Shown: in pieces, positions 1 to 6,422 of the stretch | Position numbering within the stretch: the first letter of the stretch is position 1 | Layout: the number at the start of each line of letters is the position of its first letter | Assembly: GCA_030141605.1 (NCBI GenBank) | Contig: JAQGDQ010002249.1 | Location: 1-6,422, forward strand | DNA: 6,422 nucleotides | Source of the DNA: Tubiluchus corallicola | Taxonomy: Eukaryota > Animalia > Priapulida | Reading direction: 5' to 3' | Made by a program: the position numbers and the translations under genes | The notes under the pieces: model-generated | Database searches by the model: none | Seen by the model: the letters and a program-made list of their open reading frames with translations, nothing else | What the model was told of the DNA's origin: nothing

Positions 1-419
<419 letters not shown>

Positions 420-427
420 TATAATAC

Positions 428-559
428 CTGGCATGGGAAGCACGGCCTCCGCTCTCACTGACCCAGGCGCATCTGCGTCGCCCACGACAACCGGTCGCAA
501 CTTGGCCGCCGACTCGTCTTTCTTGGTGACCGTTAACGTCGTCTGATCTTCAATGTTAA
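428..559 (-). CDS. C9orf78: C9orf78/TLS1 homolog, internal exon (132 nt, phase 1-1): (F)NIEDQTTLTVTKKDESAAKLRPVVVGDADAPGSVRAEAVLPMP
   Basis: Acceptor TTTTCTAG (AG at 561-560) and donor CAG|GTATTA (GT at 427-426). Open frame continues from ...VQHKR-F. RPVVVGD resembles human C9orf78 RPLRVGD as recalled. Confidence 0.88.
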
Positions 560-730
560 CTAGAAAACGTAATCACAAAATGACAGCAACAAGAACGACA
601 ACGGCTGTAGAAGTTCGTAGGGCCTTCTAACAACGTCGTCTGATCTTCAATGTTAACTAGAAAACGTAAACACAGAATTACAGCAACAAGAACAACAACA
701 ATGGCTGTAGAAGTTCGTAGGGCCTTCTAA
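535..730. repeat. Tandem duplication (~97-99 bp units, 535-630 and 632-730) containing the 3' splice site and first 25 nt of exon 428-559
   Basis: Both copies begin AACGTCGTCTGATCTTCAATGTTAACTAGAAAACGTAA and end GGCTGTAGAAGTTCGTAGGGCCTTCTAA, differing by a few substitutions and a 3-nt indel. Confidence 0.95.
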
Positions 731-981
731 TGCTCCAGCCAAAAACAAGATGGCTGTTGTGATTATTGACACATGTAAATGCAGAAATTGTCTTAAATAC
801 AATTTTCTCCATAAGCATACTATTATGTTATCTTTTCAACTCGTTCAGGACTGCATCATTCAAAATATCAGACCTAAGACTTTTCTACTAGTGTATGAGC
901 ACAGACATAACTCAGTGATTACAAATTAAAAACTGTTCTATTCAGGACAACCTCGACTATCCAATCACGCTACTTGCTTAA

Positions 982-1592
982 CCCTTATGGGGTCACGATT
1001 TTTTACAACCGATTTTGGTAACCGGGGGGGTAAAAAATTACCCCCAGCATAATTCGTAAATTACTTCTGATAAACTGCCATGTTTCATTAGTAAACAGCA
1101 ACAGCATAATTTGTGGTTGTGCTGACCACCATAGGATACATTATACCTCTGCTTAAAGACATGTGACTTACTAGTAATACGTAATTTAAATTCACTTAGT
1201 TACGTTCCCTTATCTATGCTGGAATAGCTGTAGACAACCGACATTTCTAGCGCGTGTGCAAAAATCATTGTTATTTTGAATTTATTGTCTACTACTTTCT
1301 TCTTTTAGGTGAAGTAATTTGAGTAACTGACATTTTGTTTTATCAGATACATCGCCCGTATAATGTATAGACAAGCGAAGTAAAGTTTCGACAATTTTAA
1401 AAAATTGACATATTGCATTTTCACTTTTATTTCGTGGTGAGACAATGCGCCTAAAATAAATAATTAAAAGTATTTTGTTCACAAAACATATTTAGAAAAA
1501 GTCATAGTCTTGGGATGCATATGGTAAAAAGGGTAAAATGCAAAAAACCGGTCTGGGGATAATTCTTTACCCCTCCGGCGACCCTATAAAGG
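982..1592. mobile_element. Non-autonomous piggyBac-type DNA transposon (MITE, 611 bp)
   Basis: TTAA at 978-981 and 1593-1596 (TSD). 13-bp TIR CCCTTATGGGGTC vs reverse complement of the right end CCTTTATAGGGTC (11/13). 26-bp subterminal inverted repeat at 1022-1047 vs 1553-1578 (23/26) with asymmetric spacers (27 vs 1 nt). No transposase ORF. Confidence 0.85.
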
Positions 1593-2236
1593 TTAAGAAT
1601 TCATAAGTGATTTAATCAGATAAAGTTAAAAAAACACGCCCGTTTCAGGCACTCCAACCTAGCCTATCGAGTAGCTTAGCCTGGTGTACACTTGCAAGAT
1701 TGTACACACTATTTTACTGATTGTCTGCTTGTTACAGCCCAAACTATGCACTGTTCTACTGGTCTTCTAGTAAAAACCAACCAACAAATTGCAATTTTGT
1801 GACCATAAAAAGAGCCTCTAAGTGGACTTAAAATATCAATTACCTTGTTTCATACCCAACTATCAAGGATAAATGATACCTAGTTGTTTTAGAAACGCCT
1901 AAGTACTGGCCACTCCTATGCAAAAGTTTATAAAAACTGTCTGCAATTGACTCAAATAACTCCACACAATTGATTCTATATTTTTATACATAGAGATCTA
2001 CACGTGGTTACACTGATGTATGCGATGTAAACAAAGTGACGGCCTGCCAACTAGCGGTCAGCTTGTGAAATAATGTACTGGGTCCGTAAAAATTTTGTCA
2101 ACGAATTTACGCGATTTACAAAAATGGCACTACTGGTCTTCCAAAAACTCGGAATTCCGCGTATCCGCGGAAAACTCTCATCCCTGGATAGTAAGTAAAT
2201 AAATAAATAAGTAAGTAAAATGGTATCTATACATAC

Positions 2237-2370
2237 ATCGCTTATGCTGTACAAAATTGACTGCCATATTGGTCGGTATGAACTGAGAAGGTTTCTCCTT
2301 TTTCTTCTTGCTCTCTTGTATCATCTTTCTTCTCGCTAATTCGGTGGCCTCGATGTTCATGATCTTGGCT
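2237..2370 (-). CDS. C9orf78: C9orf78/TLS1 homolog, internal exon (134 nt, phase 2-1): (E)AKIMNIEATELARRKMIQESKKKKEKPSQFIPTNMAVNFVQHKR
   Basis: Acceptor TTTTTGCAG (AG at 2372-2371) and donor AT|GTATGT (GT at 2236-2235). FIPTNMAVNFVQHKRF matches the conserved C9orf78 motif FVPTNMAVNYVQHNRF. Overlaps supplied ORF 2178-2360. Confidence 0.96.
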
Positions 2371-2578
2371 CTGCAAAAATAAGTTAATTTTAACTAATTA
2401 GTTAAAATAGTCTGTCAAAAAACCCGACACGTTACAAAGAAAAAACATGCGAAAATGCAGACTAAAATCAAATGAAAGGATTTCAGGGAAGTAAAAATTT
2501 CATTGATTACAAGATACAATTTTAAAAATAAATTATTTATAATTCTTTATTTAAAATTTAGAATTATACACATGTACA

Positions 2579-2698
2579 GTCTACGACGATATCACATTGA
2601 AAACACCGGTTCTCGTCTGATCACCGAAGTTAAGCAACATAGAGCCTGGTTAGTACTTGGATGGGTGACCGTTTAAGAGTACCAGGTGCTGTAGGCTT
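2579..2698 (+). pseudogene. Full-length (120 nt) 5S rRNA-derived sequence forming the SINE head
   Basis: GTCTACGACGATATCAC...CGAAGTTAAGCAAC...GGTTAGTACTTGGATGGGTGACCG...GGTGCTGTAGGCTT is colinear with metazoan 5S rRNA. Box A and box C of the Pol III type 1 promoter are recognisable. There is no oligo-T terminator after +120 and no 5S array context. Confidence 0.93.
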
Positions 2699-3081
2699 GT
2701 GGGATGCCCACACTGTATCTCGACACTAGGAGCTGCACAAGCAGCCAACGGTTAGAAGGCGGAGGAGGTCAAGTGACCCAACGGCCATGTGTAGAGGAGT
2801 AAATCTTCCAAATCAGGAGTGACTCCGGCAGCTCCTGCAGCCAACCTGGTGCCAAACGTATCGCTCCGCTTTCCTTTGGACTACACCAAGGAGGAAGAGA
2901 GGGGGTTCCTGTTGTCTGGGCAACTCAGGATCTCCATACACCTTGCCCAAGCGTGCACCCTGGAGACGTTCAAGGATCACACTGCTCAGCCACAGTCGAC
3001 GCTGCAGCTCCATCAATGTGATTAGTAACTGACTCTCTTGGCGCACACTCCATTGTCTTGTGAGACAGAAGAATGCCAACA
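2579..3081 (+). mobile_element. 5S rRNA-derived SINE (SINE3-type), ~503 bp, probably RTE-LINE dependent
   Basis: Starts exactly at 5S +1 and is flanked by an 11-bp direct repeat ACACATGTACA (2568-2578 and 3082-3092). GC-richer body than the AT-rich intron, no TTTT inside, and a tail ...CCATTGTCTTGTGAGACAGAAGAATGCCAACAAC that resembles RTE-clade 3' ends (recalled, not searched). Confidence 0.85.
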
Positions 3082-3413
3082 ACACATGTACATATATTTA
3101 CATAAAATACATATAGTGACCCTCTATTTGCAGGGTATGGTTAAAAAAACTTTGTAAATAAAATAGCTGTTACATGCATCAGAATTTTATATACCAATAA
3201 ATCACGGATTACGTACCTAAAAATAGTATAAAAGAACAACTAAAATCAAATAGCATTAGTTTACACAAAACAACCTGTATAATCTAAAAGTGACTAGAAA
3301 CTAAAAAATTTGATGTCTACAGATTTGTTCTGTTACGCAAAGTTTAATATTTTATACTAAAGTTTGCAAAAACGGATCACAAACTAACTCAGTGAAAGCA
3401 TCTAGCAGGTTTT

Positions 3414-3833
3414 TGTCACGAGAGGTATAAATTTTACTAATGTTCTGAGATTGTAGGATATTTGCGAGCTGTTGTGGAGATCGCTGGCATCTATTGGAAT
3501 TAAATAGAACATTGTAGAATGTTCCATTAGAATAATCTTCTTGCCTTGAAGAATGTTCTAGAAAGAAACGTCTAGAATGTTCCCTGGCACTCTATATAAG
3601 GCGAAGCAGGCCGCTGAGACACGCTGATTCACACGGACGTCACTTACACATTCTCTTGTATACTTGTATTTTCACACACACTCAAACGTTTCCCAGATTT
3701 CCACATTTACTGTAAACATTTCGTGTTCCTTCATACTTTTGTGTTGTAGAATTCTCGCTTAACAAACTAGTTTAATTTGACGAAGTGTTTTCTGGTTTTC
3801 TTTGCGAGCCTTCCGAGAGAAACAAAACACAGC
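3414..3833 (+). mobile_element. Probable solo LTR (Gypsy-like); right boundary uncertain
   Basis: Begins TGTCACGA, followed by repeated AGAATGTTC motifs, TATATAAG at 3593-3600, a pyrimidine-rich R/U5-like stretch and a possible degenerate polyA signal (AACAAA, ~3761). No clean TSD or matching inverted terminus was found. Confidence 0.5.
3506..3600 (+). promoter_or_regulatory. Cluster of heat-shock elements (alternating nGAAn/nTTCn) directly upstream of a TATA box
   Basis: AGAAC-ATTGT-AGAAT-GTTCC (3506-3525, 1 mismatch); AGAAT-GTTCT-AGAAA (3550-3564, perfect); AGAAA-CGTCT-AGAAT-GTTCC (3564-3583, 1 mismatch); TATATAAG (3593-3600). Confidence 0.6.
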
Positions 3834-3891
3834 ATGAGTGTTAACCAAAAAACACAAGACGACTTCACCTAGTAAAAAAAATTTGACTTAC

Positions 3892-4020
3892 TCTATCCCA
3901 AGATCCATTTCAGGTATCCCAGAAAGCATCTGATTGGACAGCATGTCTTCGGATTTTTTCGATATCGATTTTCTCAAATGTTCCGGAACGGCAGCCAGAG
4001 CGTCGTCCAGAGCTTTTTGC
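3892..4020 (-). CDS. C9orf78: C9orf78/TLS1 homolog, internal exon (129 nt, phase 2-2): (R)QKALDDALAAVPEHLRKSISKKSEDMLSNQMLSGIPEMDLGI
   Basis: Acceptor ATCGCAG (AG at 4022-4021) with an upstream CTAAC branch-point motif, and donor GA|GTAAGT (GT at 3891-3890). EDMLSNQMLSGIPEMDLGI matches the HCA59-family motif EEMLSNQMLSGIPEVDLGI. Confidence 0.96.
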
Positions 4021-4085
4021 CTGCGATTAGAATTAGATTCATTGTTAGAGGCAGTAGCCGTGTCATTTCAACTGTTTACAGTGTT

Positions 4086-4182
4086 GACAAAATGGCAGGG
4101 TAAAAGTGCTACAAGTAAAAATGGCACGGTAAAAGTGCTACAAGTAAAAATGGCGCAGGACAAAATGGCACCGTAAAGTGCT
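4086..4182. repeat. Short tandem repeat, 29-bp period (AAAATGGCACGGTAAAAGTGCTACAAGTA), about 3 degenerate copies
   Basis: Units start at 4089, 4118 and 4147, with a further partial copy GACAAAATGGCACCGTAAAGTGCT at 4159-4182. Confidence 0.85.
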
Positions 4183-4265
4183 GATGTAGTAGCAACTGAC
4201 TCAACTTCCAAGCTAGCTGATTTACTGTGTGAGTCAGCTGATGTAGTAGCAACTGACTCAGCTTC
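4180..4265. repeat. 29-bp direct repeat (4180-4208 and 4237-4265)
   Basis: GCTGATGTAGTAGCAACTGACTCA(A/G)CTTC, 28/29 identical, separated by 28 nt. Confidence 0.9.
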
Positions 4266-4347
4266 AATCTCTATTAATCACATGACAATGTAGCTGTCAA
4301 CTATATAACCAACTACTAGTTTGAGAAAATTTATTTGATCATTTTAC

Positions 4348-4413
4348 CTGCTTTCCGCATCGTCCGAATGCCTTCCTTTTAACTTTGCCATCTGCTCTTC
4401 CACGTATTTCTGC
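4348..4413 (-). CDS. C9orf78: C9orf78/TLS1 homolog, internal exon (66 nt, phase 2-2): (M)QKYVEEQMAKLKGRHSDDAES
   Basis: Acceptor CTTTACAG (AG at 4415-4414) and donor AG|GTAAAA (GT at 4347-4346). In frame with both neighbouring exons. MQKYVEEQMAKLKG aligns with human MMKYIETELKKRKG. Confidence 0.92.
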
Positions 4414-4429
4414 CTGTAAAGTTGACAAA

Positions 4430-5097
4430 TTGAAAAACAATGAAACAGGTGAAACAATGAAACAACTGAAACAATCGAAACAATGAAACAACTGAAACAA
4501 TTGAAACAACTGACACAACGAAACAAGTGAAACAATGAAACAACTGACACATGTGAAACAATGAAATAACTGAAACAATGAACAATTGAAACAATGAAAT
4601 AATTGACAGAATGGAACAAGTGAAACAATGAAACAAGTGAAACAATTGAAAGAATGAAACAAGTGAAACAATGAAATAATTGACAGAATGGAACAAGTGA
4701 AACAATGAAACAAGTGAAACAATTGACAGAATGGAACAAGTGAAAGAATGAAACAAGTGAAACAATGAAATAATTGACAGAATGGAACAACTGAAACAAC
4801 GAAACAAGTGAAACAATGAAACAACTGACACATGTGAAGCAATGAAACAACTGAAACAATGAACAATTGAAACAATGAAATAATTGACAGAATGGAACAA
4901 GTGAAACAATGAAACAAGTGAAACAATGAAACAATTGACAGAATGGAACAAGTGAAATAAGTGAAACAAGTGAAACAATGAAACAATTGACAGAATGGAA
5001 GAAGTGAAACAATGAAACAATTGACAGAATGGAACAAGTGAAACAATTGACAGAATGGAACAAGTGAAACAATGAAACAATTGAAACAGTGAAACAG
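4430..5097. repeat. Complex minisatellite of 8-10 bp units (TGAAACAA, GTGAAACAA, CTGAAACAA, TTGACAGAATGGAACAAG)
   Basis: About 670 bp of directly visible repeats. It explains the three low-complexity minus-strand ORFs. Confidence 0.97.
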
Positions 5098-5599
5098 ACC
5101 TGTTGCTTTTTTATTTAAAAAAAACACTGAAAGTTGTCAGTGTATAAGCAATAAAGATCAACATTTTCAAATATGAGAGAACTCTTCCGAAACCTTTCAT
5201 CTTTGGAGGTAATAGACATCTTTAGAACAAAGACGGGCAGAAAACACTAATATCTGCCAATGGTTTGAACTGAGTCAACATCACCTTTACGTATGAGTGA
5301 TTGGTTACGGCGTATGCTAAGCAACCAAGCCTGTCCGTTTAGTTAATGGATGAGTGACCATGGCAGTTCCAGTCAGTTTCACATTCTATACTGATTCTGG
5401 GTATTTGTCCCATTCAAAGATGTAGTGATGAACATAGGTAGATACTGACGATGATTCGGTATGTCAACTTGCGAGTATTAGCCTTGATGAGATAGGTTCC
5501 TATCCAGCCACAACCGCCAACATCAAGTGCTGCCACCGATTAAGAATAATCAAAAATGCCAAAAAGGAAAGCTGTATGATGTTGCTATGGAGAAAAATT

Positions 5600-5802
5600 A
5601 TTTTCACATTTGTTGACCTTGACCTCTGACCTTTTACAACCAAAAATCAATGGGGTTTCTAGATGTTGCTCAGGCCTATCTGTGCACCAAGCTAAGCGAT
5701 TATAGCTCTGTAGCTTCGTCTGCTGTAATTTTGTCGCGTGCACAGACGGATAGACAGGCAAACACGCAGACGCAGTGAACATGGGAAACTTATCTGTTCA
5801 CT
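5600..5802 (+). mobile_element. Non-autonomous Helentron/DINE-1-like (HINE) fragment
   Basis: TGACCTTGACCTCTGACCT (5614-5632), CCAAG...TATAGCTCT core, ACAGACGGATAGACAG microsatellite-like tract, then an 8-bp hairpin AGTGAACA/TGTTCACT (5774-5802). This motif order is typical of such invertebrate elements (recognised from memory). Boundaries are approximate. Confidence 0.6.
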
Positions 5803-6000
5803 TATTCGCTTCTTACATCTCTGCATCTTCATCTAGCCTATTGGTTTCGCAGAGAACTTCATCTGCTGTAATTTTGTCGAGTGCACAGACGGATAGACAG
5901 ACAAACACGCAGGCACAGTGAACATGGGAAACTTATCTGATTACTTATTCGCTTCTTACATTTCTGCATCTTCATCTCTCCTGTTGGTTTCCGCGGAGAA
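5714..6000. repeat. Tandem duplication (143/144 bp; 5714-5856 and 5857-6000) containing the last ~40 nt of exon 5960-6046 and its 5' splice site
   Basis: Both copies run CTTC(G/A)TCTGCTGTAATTTTGTCG...CTTATTCGCTTCTTACAT...GAGAA with scattered substitutions and a 1-nt indel. Confidence 0.95.
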
Positions 6001-6046
6001 CGTCGTCTTCATGTCAGTGATGTCCCTGTTCTCATCTTCGTCTGTC
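5960..6046 (-). CDS. C9orf78: C9orf78/TLS1 homolog, internal exon (87 nt, phase 2-2): TDEDENRDITDMKTTFSAETNRRDEDAE(M)
   Basis: Acceptor TGTTTTTCAG (AG at 6048-6047) and donor AT|GTAAGA (GT at 5959-5958). FSAETNRRDEDAEM matches human C9orf78 FSAETNRRDEDADM. Confidence 0.96.
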
Positions 6047-6152
6047 CTGAAAAACATCGAAAATGGAAAAATTTCCACGGAATTTTTTCTACAAATTCAG
6101 AACAAAGACTTCACGTCAAAGTTCTAATATCTGATCACTTCTGCCAGTTCAT

Positions 6153-6422
6153 TTTTCCCTTGCCAAAGAGCAATAACACCAATCTTTGACTTTAAATAAA
6201 GGAAATTTCAATATTGTCTTTCAATTTCAATATCTTTTCCCTTGGCAAAGAGCAAGAGAAATGCAATAACACCAATCTTTGACTTTAAATAAAGGAAATT
6301 TCAATATTGTCTTTCAATTTCAATATCTTTTCCCTTGGCAAAGAGCAAGAGAAATGCAATAACACCAATCTTTGACTTTAAATAAAGGAAATTTCAATAT
6401 TGTCTTTCAATTTCAATATCTT
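6153..6422. repeat. 93-bp tandem repeat, about 3 copies visible, running off the window edge
   Basis: CAATAACACCAATC recurs at 6171, 6264 and 6357. Copies are identical from 6170 onward, and the leading partial unit lacks 11 nt (GAGAAATGCAA). Confidence 0.97.

Noticed and set aside
1282-1482. 66-aa ORF as a possible transposase remnant
   Set aside because: Short AT-rich ORF inside the MITE with no recognisable piggyBac motifs.
1684-1707. Imperfect palindrome GTGTACACTTGCAAGATTGTACAC
   Set aside because: Short and isolated, with no associated element or function evident.
2051-2254. 67-aa ORF (and likewise the 65-aa ORF at 5585-5782)
   Set aside because: Intronic, runs through simple repeats or transposon remnants, and has no recognisable homology.
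2579-2698. Functional 5S rRNA gene
   Set aside because: No oligo-T terminator, no tandem array, and it is enclosed with ~380 nt of extra sequence between TSDs. It is better explained as a SINE head.
2699-2880. HDV-like ribozyme in the RTE-like SINE body
   Set aside because: Could not build the nested double pseudoknot by eye. A descriptor or covariance-model search would be needed.
2813-3085. ORFs 2813-3085 (-) and 2819-3025 (+)
   Set aside because: Both lie within the SINE body and show no recognisable domain.
3934-4176. + strand 80-aa ORF
   Set aside because: Antisense shadow of the C9orf78 exon plus a tandem repeat.
4180-4265. CRISPR-like repeat-spacer-repeat
   Set aside because: Only two repeats, in a eukaryotic intron with no cas genes. 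A simple local duplication explains it.
4339-5127. Three long minus-strand ORFs (262, 242, 233 aa)
   Set aside because: Low-complexity translations of the minisatellite, open in all frames. Only the last 66 nt of the 242-aa frame (4348-4413) is a real exon.
5425-5490. C/D box snoRNA (GTGATGA at 5425, CTGA at 5445) or hammerhead core (CTGACGA)
   Set aside because: Antisense to the host gene, with no canonical terminal box D or stem, and no GAAA or stems for a hammerhead.
5918-6127. + strand 69-aa ORF
   Set aside because: Antisense to exon 5960-6046 with no independent support.

Overview
Eukaryotic (invertebrate animal, probably lophotrochozoan judging from the 5S sequence and repeat types) genomic window. 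It holds five internal minus-strand coding exons of a C9orf78/TLS1 (HCA59 family) splicing-factor gene, with the start and stop outside the window. All junctions are GT-AG and splice in frame to ...TDEDENRDITDMKTTFSAETNRRDEDAEMQKYVEEQMAKLKGRHSDDAESRQKALDDALAAVPEHLRKSISKKSEDMLSNQMLSGIPEMDLGIEAKIMNIEATELARRKMIQESKKKKEKPSQFIPTNMAVNFVQHKRFNIEDQTTLTVTKKDESAAKLRPVVVGDADAPGSVRAEAVLPMP... The introns contain a (GA)n tract, a TTAA-flanked piggyBac-type MITE, a ~503-bp SINE with a full-length 5S rRNA head and 11-bp TSD, a probable solo LTR with heat-shock elements and a TATA box, a TGAAACAA minisatellite, a Helentron/DINE-like fragment and a 93-bp tandem repeat. Two local tandem duplications copy one splice acceptor and one splice donor of the gene. 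Most supplied ORFs are artefacts.
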